Assembly (NCBI RefSeq): GCF_056746865.1
Contig: NZ_CM163382.1
DNA length: 64,000 nt
Strand: one strand, 5' to 3'
Of the stretch, positions 39,005-51,457 are shown piece by piece. The notes beneath the pieces were generated by a model. That model ran no database searches. It was not told the DNA's origin and saw only the letters and a list, made by a program, of their open reading frames with translations. A program made the translations under genes and the position numbers. Each line of letters opens with the position of its first letter. Within the stretch, counting starts at the first letter, position 1.

Positions 39005-39604
39005 ATGCGTAAAGTTTGTGCAGCCATTTTGTCCGCAGCCATCTGTCTGTCCGTATCCGGTGCGCCTGCATGGGCGTCTGAACATCAGTCCACACTGAGC
39101 GCAGGGTATCTTCATGCCCGTACGAACGCTCCCGGCAGCGATAATCTGAACGGGATTAACGTGAAATACCGTTATGAGTTTACGGACGCGCTGGGGCTGA
39201 TTACGTCCTTCAGTTATGCCAATGCTGAGGATGAGCAAAAAACGCACTACAGCGATACCCGCTGGCATGAAGATTCCGTGCGTAACCGCTGGTTCAGCGT
39301 GATGGCGGGGCCGTCTGTACGCGTGAATGAATGGTTCAGCGCGTATGCGATGGCGGGTGTGGCTTACAGCCGTGTGTCGACTTTCTCCGGGGATTATCTC
39401 CGCGTAACTGACAACAAGGGGAAAAAGCACGATGTGCTGACCGGAAGTGATGACGGTCGCCACAGCAACACGTCTCTGGCGTGGGGAGCTGGCGTGCAGT
39501 TTAACCCGACCGAATCCGTGGCCATTGATGTCGCTTATGAAGGCTCCGGCAGCGGTGACTGGCGTACCAACAGTTTCATCGTTGGTGTCGGTTATAAGTT
39601 CTGA
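39005..39604 (+). CDS. lom: Outer-membrane protein Lom (Ail/Lom family)
   Basis: 199 aa, signal peptide, beta-barrel pattern ending GVGYKF. Confidence 0.9.
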   Translation: MRKVCAAILSAAICLSVSGAPAWASEHQSTLSAGYLHARTNAPGSDNLNGINVKYRYEFTDALGLITSFSYANAEDEQKTHYSDTRWHEDSVRNRWFSVMAGPSVRVNEWFSAYAMAGVAYSRVSTFSGDYLRVTDNKGKKHDVLTGSDDGRHSNTSLAWGAGVQFNPTESVAIDVAYEGSGSGDWRTNSFIVGVGYKF

Positions 39605-39630
39605 TTAGCCAGGTAACACAGTGTTATGAC

Positions 39631-39657
39631 AGCCCGCCGGTTCAGGCGGGCTTTTTT
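39631..39657 (+). terminator. Intrinsic terminator after lom
   Basis: GCCCGCC-ggttca-GGCGGGC plus TTTTTT. Confidence 0.7.
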
Positions 39658-39662
39658 GTGGA

Positions 39663-42600
39663 GTGGATATGGCAGCAGTAAAAATCTCAGGTGTGCTGAA
39701 AGATGGCACAGGAAAACCAGTACAGAACTGCACCATTGTGCTGAAGGCCAGACGAACCAGCAGCACGGTGGTGGTGAACACGGTGGCCTCTGAAAATCCG
39801 GATGAAGCCGGACGTTACAGCATGGATGTTGAGCATGGCCAGTACAGCGTCACCCTGCTGGTTGAAGGTTTTCCGCCTTCACATGCCGGGACCATTACCG
39901 TCTATGAAGGTTCCAGACCAGGTACGCTGAATGATTTTCTCGGTGCCATGACGGAGGATGATGTCCGACCGGAGGCACTGCGCCGCTTTGAGCAGATGGT
40001 GGAAGAGGTGTCACGTAACGCCTCCGCGGTTGCACAGAATACGGCAGCCGCGAAAAAATCAGCCAGCGATACCAGTGCATCAGCCAGCGAGGCGGCAACT
40101 CATGCAACCGATGCTGCAGCCTCAGCACGTGCCGCCAGCACGTCAGCCGGACAGGCCGCGTCGTCGGCTCAGTCAGCGTCTTCCAGCGCAGGAACGGCAT
40201 CGACAAAGGCCCGTGAAGCAGCAAAAAGTGCTGCTGCTGCAGAGTCATCAAAAAGCGCGGCAGCTACCAGCGCCAGTGCCGCGAAAACGTCAGAAACGAA
40301 TGCCGCAGCATCACAAAAATCGGCAGCCACTTCTGCATCCACAGCGACCACGAAGGCGTCAGAAGCTGCCACCTCGGCACGGGGTGCGGCGGCCTCAAAA
40401 GAGGCAGCGAAATCTTCAGAAACGAATGCATCATCAAGTGCCAGTAGTGCAGCTTCCTCGGCAACGGCGGCAGGAAATTCCGCGAAGGCGGCAAAAACGT
40501 CCGAGACGAACGCTAAGTCTTCTGAAACAGCAGCGGGACAGAGCGCCTCAGCTGCGGCAGGTTCAAAAACAGCGGCTGTATTATCTGCCAGTGCCGCGTC
40601 AACAAGTGCCGGGCAGGCCTCAGCCAGTGCCACCGCCGCCGGAAAATCGGCAGAAAGCGCCGCATCATCCGCTTCAACAGCCACAACGAAGGCTGGCAAA
40701 GCCACTGAGCAAGCCACTGCAGCAGCGAGGTCTGCTTCTGCAGCAAAAACCTCTGAAACAAATGCAAAGACTTCAGCAGACAATGCTGCTTCCTCTAAGG
40801 CGGCAGCCGCATCGTCAGCCAGTTCAGCGGCGTCATCGGCATCATCTGCGTCTGCTTCAAAAGATGAGGCGACCAGACAAGCGTCAGCAGCGAAAGGTAG
40901 TGCCACGACAGCAACAACGAAAGCATCAGAGGCGGCAGGCAGTGCGACGGCTGCATCTCAGAGCAAAGTTGCTGCTGAATCCGCGGCAACGCGCGCCGAG
41001 ACAGCAGCAAAACGGGCAGAGGATATTGCATCCGCCGTGGCGCTGGAGGATGCGAGCACGACGAAAAAGGGGATAGTACAGCTCAGCAGTGCAACAAACA
41101 GCACCAGTGAAAAGCTGGCGGCAACGCCAAAGGCAGTTAAAACTGTTAAAGATAGTTCAGTTCAAAAAACTGGCGACACAATGGGAGGGCAGTTAAAAAT
41201 CAGCACGATAAATGCTCTTCGAATATTCAACCAAGCCTTTGGCCTTATTTTTAGGCGTTCCGAAGATCATCTTCATCTTATTCCGACTAATGAAGGGGAG
41301 GGGGAAAATGGAGACATCGGTTCATTAAGACCATTCTCTATAAACTTAAGATCAGGGTTGGTGTCCATCGGTAATGGACTAAAAGTTGGTGGTAGTGTTA
41401 CTGGTAATTTGACCGGAAACGCAGATACTGCGACCAAGATCAAGACAGCACGTAAGATTGGGGGCGTGGCATTTGATGGATCGGCAGATATCAACTTGCC
41501 TGGAGTCAACGCTACCGGTAATCAAAACACTACAGGTAATGCTGCGACCGCCACGAAACTTCAGGCAGCCAGAACGATTAACGGTGTGTCATTTGATGGT
41601 AGTGCAAATATCACATTGACCCCTTCAAATATTGGGGCATTGGCATTAACTGGAGGGACTCTTTCAGGTGGTTTAACTGCTGCTGGTGAGGTTATTTCAA
41701 GGTCAGCAAATGGTCTGCGTATTGCCTATGGCAACTATGGATTCTTTATCCGAAATGATGGATCAAACACATATTTTATGTTGACAGATTCGGGTAACAG
41801 TCTTGGTACGCACAATAGCTTAAGGCCGTTTATAATTAGTAACCATACTGGCAATGTTACAATTGCAACTAAATTAAACGCGAGTGGTGGTATCACTGGA
41901 TCTTTATCGGGTAATGCAAGCACAGCAACCAAATTGCAAACTGCAAGGACAATTAACGGCGTAAAATTTGACGGCTCGGCAAATATTGAAGCGTTTCCGC
42001 CAGGTGTTCCGCTGCCGTGGCCATCAGATACACCACCTGCAGGTTATGCAATCATGCAGGGGCAGACGTTTGATAAGGCAGCATATCCGAAACTGGCTAT
42101 TGCCTATCCTTCAGGTGTTATTCCAGATATGCGCGGCTGGACAATCAAGGGCAAACCCGCCAGTGGCCGGGCCGTATTGTCTCAGGAACAGGACGGCATT
42201 AAATCGCACACCCACAGCGCCAGCGCATCCAGTACGGATTTGGGGACGAAAACCACATCGTCGTTTGATTACGGCACTAAATCCACGAATAACACCGGGG
42301 CGCATACGCACAGTCTGAGTGGCTCTACGGGGTCTGCCGGTGTTCATACTCATGGTAATGGTATTCGTTGGCCAGGAGGCGGCGGTTCTGCGTTAGCATT
42401 TTATGATGGCGGTGGGTTCACTTATGTCCAGAATTCACAGTATCAAGTAAGCCCGGAGACTTCTTCCTATAGATCGTATTATCAACGTATTCAGACACAG
42501 TCAGCAGGTGCTCATACCCACTCGCTGTCTGGTACTGCAGCAAGTTCTGGCGCACATGCACATACTGTAGGTATTGGTGCGCATACGCACTCCGTTGCGA

Positions 42601-42698
42601 TTGGTTCACATGGACACACCATCACCGTTAACGCTGCGGGTAACGCGGAAAACACCGTCAAAAACATCGCATTTAACTATATTGTGAGGCTTGCATAA
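39663..42698 (+). CDS. stf: Side tail fibre protein Stf
   Basis: 1011 aa; N-terminus [23 protein letters not shown] and C-terminus ...[18 protein letters not shown] as lambda Stf; long Ala/Ser-rich repeats. Confidence 0.9.
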   Translation: MDMAAVKISGVLKDGTGKPVQNCTIVLKARRTSSTVVVNTVASENPDEAGRYSMDVEHGQYSVTLLVEGFPPSHAGTITVYEGSRPGTLNDFLGAMTEDDVRPEALRRFEQMVEEVSRNASAVAQNTAAAKKSASDTSASASEAATHATDAAASARAASTSAGQAASSAQSASSSAGTASTKAREAAKSAAAAESSKSAAATSASAAKTSETNAAASQKSAATSASTATTKASEAATSARGAAASKEAAKSSETNASSSASSAASSATAAGNSAKAAKTSETNAKSSETAAGQSASAAAGSKTAAVLSASAASTSAGQASASATAAGKSAESAASSASTATTKAGKATEQATAAARSASAAKTSETNAKTSADNAASSKAAAASSASSAASSASSASASKDEATRQASAAKGSATTATTKASEAAGSATAASQSKVAAESAATRAETAAKRAEDIASAVALEDASTTKKGIVQLSSATNSTSEKLAATPKAVKTVKDSSVQKTGDTMGGQLKISTINALRIFNQAFGLIFRRSEDHLHLIPTNEGEGENGDIGSLRPFSINLRSGLVSIGNGLKVGGSVTGNLTGNADTATKIKTARKIGGVAFDGSADINLPGVNATGNQNTTGNAATATKLQAARTINGVSFDGSANITLTPSNIGALALTGGTLSGGLTAAGEVISRSANGLRIAYGNYGFFIRNDGSNTYFMLTDSGNSLGTHNSLRPFIISNHTGNVTIATKLNASGGITGSLSGNASTATKLQTARTINGVKFDGSANIEAFPPGVPLPWPSDTPPAGYAIMQGQTFDKAAYPKLAIAYPSGVIPDMRGWTIKGKPASGRAVLSQEQDGIKSHTHSASASSTDLGTKTTSSFDYGTKSTNNTGAHTHSLSGSTGSAGVHTHGNGIRWPGGGGSALAFYDGGGFTYVQNSQYQVSPETSSYRSYYQRIQTQSAGAHTHSLSGTAASSGAHAHTVGIGAHTHSVAIGSHGHTITVNAAGNAENTVKNIAFNYIVRLA

Positions 42699-43282
42699 TG
42701 GCATTCAGAATGAGTGAACAACCACGGACCATAAAAATTTATAATCTGTTGTCCGGAACTAATGAATTTATTGGTGAAGGTGATGCATATATTCCGCCTC
42801 ATACAGGTCTGCCAGCAAACAGTACCGATATTGCACCGCCAGATATTCCGGCTGGCTTCGTGGCTGTTTTCAATAGTGATGAGTCATCGTGGCATCTCGT
42901 TGAAGACCATCGGGGTAAAACGGTTTATGACGTAGCGTCAGGGGACGAGTTATTTATTTCTGAACTCGGTCCGTTACCGGAAAATGTTACCTGGTTATCG
43001 CCGGAAGGGGAGTTTCAGAAGTGGAACGGCACAGCCTGGGTGAAGGATACGGAAGCAGAAAAACTGTTCCGGATCCGGGAGGCGGAAGAAACAAAAAACA
43101 ACCTGATGCAGGTAGCCAGTGAGCATATTGCGCCGCTTCAGGATGCTGCAGATCTGGAAATTGCAACGGAGGAAGAAACCTCATTGCTGGAAGCCTGGAA
43201 AAAGTATCGGGTGTTGCTGAACCGTGTTGATACATCAACTGCACCTGATATTGAGTGGCCTACGAACCCTGTCAGGGAGTAA
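42698..43282 (+). CDS. tfa: Tail fibre assembly protein Tfa
   Basis: 194 aa, [18 protein letters not shown]... as lambda Tfa. Confidence 0.9.
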   Translation: MAFRMSEQPRTIKIYNLLSGTNEFIGEGDAYIPPHTGLPANSTDIAPPDIPAGFVAVFNSDESSWHLVEDHRGKTVYDVASGDELFISELGPLPENVTWLSPEGEFQKWNGTAWVKDTEAEKLFRIREAEETKNNLMQVASEHIAPLQDAADLEIATEEETSLLEAWKKYRVLLNRVDTSTAPDIEWPTNPVRE

Positions 43283-43336
43283 TCATTGGGATTATGCCGC
43301 AGCACGTCTTAAGCAAGAACGTGCTGCGGTTGGATG

Positions 43337-44005
43337 CTATTTTTTCCCTGAAGCGGAAAACATTACTACAGTACCTTGAACCTTGGTTTTAACATTCTCG
43401 AAATGCTCTGAGAGTATATGTGTTAAGCCTTCTTCGGAATCTTTTGTGTTTGAAAAGATGCCTTTCTGATTGTAAATGCGCATCAGTTTTTGACCGAAGC
43501 TATTGTGCACAACTCCATCGCCAAGAATTGTGGCTCCGTATAGAGTTCCATCGTCAGTTAAGGCCTGCGCCGCATTGCGTATTACACAGCTTTTTGTAGA
43601 TATATTTCCAGGCAGGCAGTGAAGAAGGTAAAACATGGAAATGGAATCAAATTGACCATGTAACGCCGCGGGATAAGGTTCAAAAACATCATGGCTAATT
43701 TTATGTTTAATTTTTGATTCCCCAGCCCTTGTAGATGCCGCGTTCAGGCTAGCTTCGTTCAAATCCATTAAAGATATCAGACTACTCTCAGGTACGTGAG
43801 TAAGGTAAAACCCAGTTCCAACACCAATATCCAGATGGTTGTTACCTAAATGTTCCAGAAAGTGTGGAAGAAGGTGTTCCTTTGTAGGACATCCCCATGC
43901 AAGCCGATTTGATACTCCCAAAACCCACCAGTCATAAAGCTTTAGGGTAAGTGGTGTGTAAATTTTAGCCCCATCATCTGTGTTTTTTTTCATTGATTTC
44001 ACCAT
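43337..44005 (-). CDS. Class I SAM-dependent methyltransferase-like cargo protein
   Basis: 222 aa; motif-I-like LDIGVGTGFY; AT-rich relative to flanks; opposite strand to the tail genes. Confidence 0.6.
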   Translation of the reverse strand: MVKSMKKNTDDGAKIYTPLTLKLYDWWVLGVSNRLAWGCPTKEHLLPHFLEHLGNNHLDIGVGTGFYLTHVPESSLISLMDLNEASLNAASTRAGESKIKHKISHDVFEPYPAALHGQFDSISMFYLLHCLPGNISTKSCVIRNAAQALTDDGTLYGATILGDGVVHNSFGQKLMRIYNQKGIFSNTKDSEEGLTHILSEHFENVKTKVQGTVVMFSASGKK

Positions 44006-44061
44006 GTTATAGTTTTATTTGTAAATTAAATCAATTATGGCGATGAATTACAAGGGGTTAA

Positions 44062-44328
44062 ATGCTGCCGCAGCATAGCGATATTGAAATAGCCTGGTAT
44101 GCTTCGATACAGCAGGAGCCGAATGGCTGGAAGACCGTCACCACACAGTTCTACATCCAGGAATTCAGTGAGTATATTGCGCCACTGCAGGATGCTGTAG
44201 ATCTGGAAATCGCAACGGAGGAAGAAAGATCGTTGCTGGAGGCATGGAATAAATATCGGGTGTTGTTGAATCGTGTTGATACATCAACTGCACCTGATAT
44301 TGAGTGGCCGACTTCACCTGCAGAGTAA
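44062..44328 (+). pseudogene. Duplicate 3' fragment of tail fibre assembly gene (tfa remnant)
   Basis: C-terminal 53 aa nearly identical to Tfa C-terminus; DNA 44174..44310 repeats 43124..43260. Confidence 0.6.
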
Positions 44329-44560
44329 TCAACGGCGCAGGGATGATATTTTGTGCTTGAAGTGCCTCCCCGACCATTCAGATAGTCGGGGAGGGGGGAT
44401 TGGGATTATACGCAATCAGTTTTAGTTAAAGACCGAAGTTCTCGAAAAATCTTTCTCCAAAACCAGAATGCAATTGATTGATTTTGATAGGATCTATAAT
44501 GCCGTTACCTTAAACGGCAAAACCACTCAAAAACAAACCTAATGCATTGAATATAAAGGA

Positions 44561-45424
44561 TTAATCATCTAATTCGCTCACCTTCTTATTCAGCAAACGA
44601 GAAGCGCGCCAGTAAACCAGCAACATCAGGCCCATTACGATAGTCAGCGTAATGCTGGTGGCTGCACCAAACGGCCAGTCACGAATATTGAGGAACTGTA
44701 CTTTGATGACGTTACCGATCAGCAGGTTTTTCGCACCGCCCATCAGGTCGGACACATAGAACAGGCCCATCGCTGGCAGCATCACCAACAGGCATCCGGC
44801 AATAATCCCCGGCATCGTCAGTGGGATAATGATACGGATAAAGGTCTGCAACTTGCTGGCACCGAGATCGCGCGCCGCCTCCAGCAACGGCTTATCCAGT
44901 TTTTCGATACTCGAGTACAGCGGCATCACCATAAACGGCAGCAGAATGTAAACCAGACCGATAATCACCGCACTGGGTGTGAACATGATGCGAATTGGTG
45001 TATCGATAACGCCCAGCCAGAGCAAAAACTCGTTGAGATAGCCTTTGGTGCTGAGGAAAATTTTCAGCCCGTAGATACGAATCAATGAGTTGGTCCAGAA
45101 CGGAACAATCAGCAGAAACAGCAGCAGCGGACGCACCTTGTGTGGCAGCTTCGCCAGAAACCAGGCAAAAGGATAGCCCAGCACCAGGCAGGCGAGGGTG
45201 GCGATCAGCGCCATATTCAGCGAGTGCAATAGCACTTCAAAATAGAGCGGATCGAGCAGACGCGTGTAGTTATCCAGCGTAAAGACCATTTTGACGAAAC
45301 TGGCGTCGTCGCGGGTCAAAAAGCTGGTGCCAATGATCATCAGGTTGGGCAGAAAGACAAACAACACAAGCCAACCGACAATAGTGACAATCACTACATT
45401 CTGGAACTTACTTGTGTTCTTCAT
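44561..45424 (-). CDS. potB: Spermidine/putrescine ABC transporter permease PotB (3' end supplied by prophage sequence)
   Basis: Polytopic membrane ORF overlapping potA stop; C-terminal codons lie on the phage side of the att core; start may be the downstream GTG (about 45394). Confidence 0.9.
44579..44591. other. Prophage attachment site core, distal (attR); 13-bp CACCTTCTTATTC
   Basis: Exact direct repeat of 1875..1887; lies within the 3' end of potB. Confidence 0.6.
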
Positions 45425-46544
45425 CAGCCAGTACGACCTCCCAGCTTTCTACCCAATTAATGGCCATTTTTTGGTCGAGAGAGTGGTCAAAGTCAGGATC
45501 GTCTTCATTGAAGAATTCGCTGACCATCACCATCTTGCCATTTTCCAGTTCAACAACCGACTCCAGCGTCATGCCTTTGTAGTTACGCTCGCGAACGTAA
45601 CCAATCAGCCCTTCAGCGTGGTTGTCGTCGTTAATCTCTTCAACACGTAAGTCTTCCGGGCGCAGCAGAACATGCAGTTTTTGCCCCGGTTCAACGGCGA
45701 AGTTAACGTAGATATTACATTCGCGGCCTTCAACGTTGGCGCGTACGCGCTGCTCGTCGAGACGTTCGATGACAGTGGCGTTAAACATATTGATTTCGCC
45801 AATAAACCCAGCAACAAACAGGTTTTTCGGCTCTTCATAGATTTCACGCGGCGTGCCGTCTTGCTCAATGCGACCATCGCGCATCACCACAATCCTGTCC
45901 GACATGGTGAGTGCTTCTTCCTGGTCGTGAGTCACGAAGACGAATGTAATGCCAAGCTTACGCTGTAACGCTTTCAGCTCGTTCTGCATTTGCTTGCGCA
46001 GTTTGTAATCCAGCGCTGAGAGCGACTCATCCAGCAACAACAGACGAGGCTTGTTAACCACCGCGCGGGCAATGGCGACGCGTTGCTGTTGACCACCAGA
46101 GAGCTGATGCGGTTTGCGTTGAGCGAAGGTTTCCAGCTGCACCATCCGCAGGGCTTCCATCACGCGGGGCGTAATTTCAGCAGCGGGGGTTTTTTGCATG
46201 CGTAACCCAAAGGCCACATTTTCGAACACGGTCATGTGGGGGAAAAGTGCGTAGCTTTGGAAAACAGTGTTCACATAGCGGTTTTCCGCCGGAACGTGGG
46301 TGATGTCCTCGTTATCCAGCATGATGCGTCCGGAATCAACAGTTTCCAGACCTGCAATCAGGCGAAGAACGGTTGTTTTACCGCAGCCAGAAGGGCCAAG
46401 CAGCGTGAGGAACTCGCCATTGTTGATAGTCAGATCCAGCTGGGGAATGACCTCTTTACCATCAAAGCATTTGCGAATTCCCGCCAATTGCACCAGCGGT
46501 GAAAGCGAACTCGGTTGTTTATTCAATTTTTTACTCTGTCCCAT
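45408..46544 (-). CDS. potA: Spermidine/putrescine ABC transporter ATPase PotA
   Basis: 378 aa; Walker [13 protein letters not shown] signature LSGGQQQR, Walker B LLLLDE. Confidence 0.93.
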
Positions 46545-46793
46545 GTAAACGCAACGGATGGCTTACCGATGCGGGGTTTGTGGTTAACCACCTTGGTGAC
46601 TCTTAATGAGGGCGGTAATTCTACGGCAAACCGCTTGAATCGCCAATCTTTGTTGTGAATTACTGGCTTAGCTTTATATTCATTAAGGTAATGCTGATAA
46701 ATATTCCCGCTTGCAGGGGTAAAAGTGACCTGACGCAATATTTGTCTTTTCTTGCTTCTTAATAATGTTGTCACAAAAAGTGAGGGTGACTAC

Positions 46794-48020
46794 ATGGATA
46801 AACTACTTGAGCGATTTTTGAACTACGTGTCTCTGGATACCCAATCAAAGGCAGGGGTGAGACAGGTTCCCAGCACGGAAGGCCAATGGAAGTTATTGCA
46901 TCTGCTGAAAGAGCAGCTCGAAGAGATGGGGCTTATCAATGTGACCTTAAGTGAGAAGGGCACTTTGATGGCGACGTTACCGGCTAACGTCCCTGGCGAT
47001 ATCCCGGCGATTGGCTTTATTTCTCATGTGGATACCTCACCGGATTGCAGCGGCAAAAATGTGAATCCGCAAATTGTTGAAAACTATCGCGGTGGCGATA
47101 TTGCGCTGGGTATCGGCGATGAAGTTTTATCACCGGTTATGTTCCCGGTGCTGCATCAGCTACTGGGTCAGACGCTGATTACCACCGATGGTAAAACCTT
47201 GTTAGGTGCCGATGACAAAGCAGGTATTGCAGAAATCATGACCGCGCTGGCGGTATTACAACAAAAAAACATTCCGCATGGTGATATTCGCGTCGCCTTT
47301 ACCCCGGATGAAGAAGTGGGTAAAGGGGCGAAACATTTTGATGTTGACGCCTTCGATGCCCGCTGGGCTTACACCGTTGATGGTGGTGGCGTAGGCGAAC
47401 TGGAGTTTGAAAACTTCAACGCTGCGTCGGTCAATATCAAAATTGTAGGCAATAACGTTCACCCAGGCACAGCGAAAGGTGTAATGGTGAATGCGCTGTC
47501 GCTGGCGGCACGTATTCATGCGGAAGTTCCGGCGGATGAAAGCCCGGAAATGACAGAAGGCTATGAAGGTTTCTATCACCTGGCGAGCATGAAAGGCACC
47601 GTTGAACGGGCCGATATGCACTACATCATCCGTGATTTCGACCGTAAACAGTTTGAAGCGCGTAAACGTAAAATGATGGAGATCGCCAAAAAAGTGGGCA
47701 AAGGGTTACATCCTGATTGCTACATTGAATTGGTGATTGAAGACAGTTACTACAATATGCGCGAGAAAGTGGTTGAGCATCCGCATATTCTCGATATCGC
47801 CCAGCAGGCGATGCGTGACTGCGATATTGAACCGGAACTGAAACCGATCCGCGGCGGTACCGACGGCGCGCAGTTGTCGTTTATGGGATTACCGTGCCCG
47901 AACCTGTTCACTGGCGGTTACAACTATCATGGTAAGCATGAGTTTGTGACTCTGGAAGGTATGGAAAAAGCGGTGCAGGTGATCGTCCGTATTGCCGAGT
48001 TAACGGCGCAACGGAAGTAA
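46794..48020 (+). CDS. pepT: Peptidase T (tripeptide aminopeptidase)
   Basis: Start [18 protein letters not shown] (internal Met of track ORF); M20 peptidase. Confidence 0.9.
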   Translation: MDKLLERFLNYVSLDTQSKAGVRQVPSTEGQWKLLHLLKEQLEEMGLINVTLSEKGTLMATLPANVPGDIPAIGFISHVDTSPDCSGKNVNPQIVENYRGGDIALGIGDEVLSPVMFPVLHQLLGQTLITTDGKTLLGADDKAGIAEIMTALAVLQQKNIPHGDIRVAFTPDEEVGKGAKHFDVDAFDARWAYTVDGGGVGELEFENFNAASVNIKIVGNNVHPGTAKGVMVNALSLAARIHAEVPADESPEMTEGYEGFYHLASMKGTVERADMHYIIRDFDRKQFEARKRKMMEIAKKVGKGLHPDCYIELVIEDSYYNMREKVVEHPHILDIAQQAMRDCDIEPELKPIRGGTDGAQLSFMGLPCPNLFTGGYNYHGKHEFVTLEGMEKAVQVIVRIAELTAQRK

Positions 48021-48068
48021 GCGAAAAGGGATGCGGCATGTGATGCCGCATCCGGCTTAAATCCAAAC

Positions 48069-49190
48069 TTACCCTTCGAAGAACCAATACCCGCTATTGA
48101 CCAGCGCCGCGAGCATCGCGAGGAATGACGGATCTTCCAGCGCATCGCCAAAATTCTCCGCAGTCAGCGCAATGTTGCTGGCGAGTGCATCCAGTGCCGG
48201 ACGGTGCGGGGAATCGATCTTCTCACCATTGGTATACACGTCGTCGCCAATGCGCAATACGCGCAGACCACCCAGACGCACCAGCACTTCACCTTGTTTC
48301 AGCGCATCGTAGATTTCATCCGGCTGATAAGGCGGCTCTGGCGGCGCGATATCCAGTTCATGGCGTGACTGGGATATAAACTCGCCAAACCATTGCTTAA
48401 AGTGTTCCGGCTGGTTGATCAATTCGAGCATCATCTCACGCAGTTTATCCATCTCTTGCGGCAGAACATCCGCAGGATGAGCGCGAGGTGAAACATCAGG
48501 ATCGCTGTAGTAGTTGCCGCCCAGTTCACGTTGCAGCACATAATCGGCAAATCCGCTAATCAGTTCCCGCGTATTTGGTGCGCGAAAACCGACGGAATAG
48601 TTCATCGCATTTTCCAGCGCGTAGCCTTCATGGGGGAATCCTGGCGGAATATAAAGAATATCGCCTGGCTCCAGTTCTTCATCAATGATGGCTTCGAACG
48701 GATCGACCTGTAACAGATCCGGATGTGGGCAGTGCTGTTTCATTTGCAGCTTTTCGCCCACTCGCCAGCGACGACGTCCGGTACCCTGAATGATAAACAC
48801 GTCGTACTGATCGAGATGCGGGCCGACGCCGCCGCCAGGTACAGAAAAAGAGATCATCAGATCATCAATACGCCAGTCCGGTAGTTCACGGAACGGTCGC
48901 ATCAGCGCGGCGGTCGGCTCATGCCAGTGATTCACTGCTTGCACTAACAATGACCAGTTAGTTTCACCGAGATGATCGTAGCTTTCGAACGGACCGTGGC
49001 TGACCTGCCATTTGCCATCCTGGTGACTGACCAGTCGACTGTCGACTTCGCTTTCCATCGCCAGACCCGCCAACTCGTCTGGAGAGATCGGGTCAATAAA
49101 ATTATTAAAGCCGCGTTTTAACACCACCGGGCGTTTCTGCCAGTGACGTTCAAGAAAATCGGGCCAGTTAAGAGTGAGTTGGTATTCCAT
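48069..49190 (-). CDS. roxA: JmjC-domain ribosomal protein hydroxylase RoxA (YcfD)
   Basis: Start MEYQLTLNWPDFLERHWQKRP; cupin/JmjC-like. Confidence 0.85.
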   Translation of the reverse strand: MEYQLTLNWPDFLERHWQKRPVVLKRGFNNFIDPISPDELAGLAMESEVDSRLVSHQDGKWQVSHGPFESYDHLGETNWSLLVQAVNHWHEPTAALMRPFRELPDWRIDDLMISFSVPGGGVGPHLDQYDVFIIQGTGRRRWRVGEKLQMKQHCPHPDLLQVDPFEAIIDEELEPGDILYIPPGFPHEGYALENAMNYSVGFRAPNTRELISGFADYVLQRELGGNYYSDPDVSPRAHPADVLPQEMDKLREMMLELINQPEHFKQWFGEFISQSRHELDIAPPEPPYQPDEIYDALKQGEVLVRLGGLRVLRIGDDVYTNGEKIDSPHRPALDALASNIALTAENFGDALEDPSFLAMLAALVNSGYWFFEG

Positions 49191-49265
49191 GTTAAGCATC
49201 CACAGGCTGGTATCTGCAACCGATTATAACGGATGCTTAACGTAATGCGTGAAGTATGGACATAT

Positions 49266-50726
49266 TTATTCATCTTTCGGCGTAGAATGCTGGCGACCAA
49301 AAATCACCTCCATCCGCGCACCGCCAAGCATGCTCTCTCCGGCGACGATTTTACCCTCATATTGCTCGGTGATTTCGCGGGCTACCGCCAGCCCTACACC
49401 TTGCCCAGGGCGTAAAGTATCAACCCGTTGACCACGGTCGAAAATGACCTCTCGCTTGCTTAATGGAATACCGGGGCCATCATCCTCGACCACAATATAG
49501 AGATGCTCGTCTGTTTGCCTTGCAGATATTTCGACAAACTCGAGGCAATATTTACAGGCATTATCCAGCACGTTGCCCATCACCTCGACAAAATCGTTCT
49601 GCTCACCGACAAAGCTGATCTCTGGCGAAATATCGAGAGAGATATTGACCCCTTTGCGTTGATACACTTTGTTCAGCGCCGAGGTGAGATTGTCCAGCAG
49701 TGGGGCGACCGGATGCAGCTCGCGGCTGAGCAATGTCCCGCCGCGCATACTGGCACGATGCAGGTAGTAGCCAATTTGCTGTGAAATGCGGCTGATTTGC
49801 TCCAGCATTACCGGTTCAGCATCACTGACGCTCATCTTCTCACTACGCAGAGAACGCAGCGTACTTTGCAGCACCGCCAGTGGCGTTTTCAGACTATGGG
49901 TCAGGTCGGTGAGCGTTGTACGATATTTGTCGTAACGTTCGCGTTCACTTTTTAACAATCGGTTCAGGTTTCGTACCAGACTGGTCAGTTCTCGCGTTGT
50001 GGCTGGATTGAGCAATTCGCGGTTATGTTCTTCCAGTTCGCGGACTTCTTTTGCCAGGGCTTCGATGGGGCGTAAACTCCACCAGGCGGCGACCCACAGC
50101 AGCGGGATCACTAACAGCAGATTGGCTGAGAGCACATAGATAAACCAGCTCCAGACCATATAGGAACTTTTTAGCTCCACCGGAATGGTATCCACCACCA
50201 CAATGGTTAACTTTGGCATCCGCGATGTTGCCGGGTAGACGTTTACCGCCACCGAGTGGGTCATCTCCGCGTCGTCATCATCTTCCCGCACTTCCTGCAA
50301 CTGTTGCTGTATCGTATGATCTCCACTCAGCAAGAGGCTGGTATCGTTAACATCCGCTTCAATTTCATGAAAACCATTCGATTTCAGCCAGTCAGGCTGG
50401 ATCATCTTCATCAGCCAGGGCACGTCACGTTGCGCCCATAAAAGCTGCCCGTTCTCATCATAAATTAGCGTCATGGTGGGGCTTTGCTTGTCGATATTTT
50501 CGGGTAACTCGACATGCAACTTATTGTTTTCCCACTTCGCAAGGGTATAGAACAGATTGCTCTCGCCACGTAACAGCCGAAACGTAGTTTTATCGAAACT
50601 GACGCTATAACCGATCAGCGCGACCATTCCGTAGGCAAGCGAAAGCACCAGTACTACCGCTGCCGTTGCCAACAGAAAACGTACCCGCAGCGAGAGCGGG
50701 AAAAAAAGACGTAGTAATTTTTTCAT
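49266..50726 (-). CDS. phoQ: Sensor histidine kinase PhoQ
   Basis: 486 aa, two TM segments, H-box, HATPase domain; downstream of phoP. Confidence 0.93.
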   Translation of the reverse strand: MKKLLRLFFPLSLRVRFLLATAAVVLVLSLAYGMVALIGYSVSFDKTTFRLLRGESNLFYTLAKWENNKLHVELPENIDKQSPTMTLIYDENGQLLWAQRDVPWLMKMIQPDWLKSNGFHEIEADVNDTSLLLSGDHTIQQQLQEVREDDDDAEMTHSVAVNVYPATSRMPKLTIVVVDTIPVELKSSYMVWSWFIYVLSANLLLVIPLLWVAAWWSLRPIEALAKEVRELEEHNRELLNPATTRELTSLVRNLNRLLKSERERYDKYRTTLTDLTHSLKTPLAVLQSTLRSLRSEKMSVSDAEPVMLEQISRISQQIGYYLHRASMRGGTLLSRELHPVAPLLDNLTSALNKVYQRKGVNISLDISPEISFVGEQNDFVEVMGNVLDNACKYCLEFVEISARQTDEHLYIVVEDDGPGIPLSKREVIFDRGQRVDTLRPGQGVGLAVAREITEQYEGKIVAGESMLGGARMEVIFGRQHSTPKDE

Positions 50727-51397
50727 CAGCGCAATTCGAACAGATAGCCCTGGCCGCGAACGGTGGTAATCACTTCTTGCGGATATTGTGCCTGAATTTT
50801 TTTGCGCAGACGTCCCATCAGTACATCAATGGTATGGCTTTCCCGCAGCTCCGCATCCGGATAGAGTTGGAGCATTAACGAATCTTTGCTCACCACTTTG
50901 CCATTATTGCGTATCAACGTTTCCATAATGGTGTATTCGAACGCGGTCAGTTTGATCACTTCGTCATTAATAGATAATTCACGGCGAGAGAGATCAACCT
51001 GAAACGGGGGTAGCGAAATGACCTGTGAAGCCAGACCGCTATTACGCCGCATTAATGCCTGCATTCGCGCCATCACCTCTTCAATATGAAATGGTTTAGT
51101 CACGTAATCATCAGCGCCAGCACTTAATACTTCGACTTTGTCCTGCCAGCTTTCACGGGCGGTTAATACCAGAATCGGCAGTGAAACATCATTGCTACGC
51201 CAGCGGCGAATCAGTGACAGACCGTCCTCGTCTGGCAATCCCAGATCGACAATCGCAATATCCGGTAAATGTTCATTGAGATAATAATCGGCTTCTTTGG
51301 CATCTTCTGCGTCATCGACCTGATGACCAGCATCCTGAATCTGAACTTTAAGGTGGTGACGTAACAACGCATTGTCTTCAACAACCAGTACGCGCAT
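50726..51397 (-). CDS. phoP: Response regulator PhoP (OmpR family)
   Basis: 223 aa [28 protein letters not shown]... Confidence 0.93.
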   Translation of the reverse strand: MRVLVVEDNALLRHHLKVQIQDAGHQVDDAEDAKEADYYLNEHLPDIAIVDLGLPDEDGLSLIRRWRSNDVSLPILVLTARESWQDKVEVLSAGADDYVTKPFHIEEVMARMQALMRRNSGLASQVISLPPFQVDLSRRELSINDEVIKLTAFEYTIMETLIRNNGKVVSKDSLMLQLYPDAELRESHTIDVLMGRLRKKIQAQYPQEVITTVRGQGYLFELR

Positions 51398-51457
51398 TTT
51401 TATTTCTCCCTGTCTTAATTATTAAAATAGTGTAACGCGATTATGTGGTTATGGGGG

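Noticed and set aside
39958-41076. Long alternative-frame and antisense ORFs inside the stf repeat region (for example 39958..41076 plus strand, 40169..40906 minus strand)
   Set aside because: They lie within the Ala/Ser-rich repetitive segment of the tail-fibre gene, whose GC-rich repeats keep other frames open; translations are low-complexity Arg/Pro/Gln or Ala/Asp strings; no independent start signals.
39663-42698. Possible CRISPR-like or tandem DNA repeats
   Set aside because: Periodicity reflects coding repeats of the fibre protein; no repeat-spacer architecture.
48029-48053. Inverted repeat between convergent pepT and roxA as a bidirectional terminator
   Set aside because: A good stem (GGATGCGGCA / TGCCGCATCC) but no clear U-run on either strand; left unannotated as uncertain.
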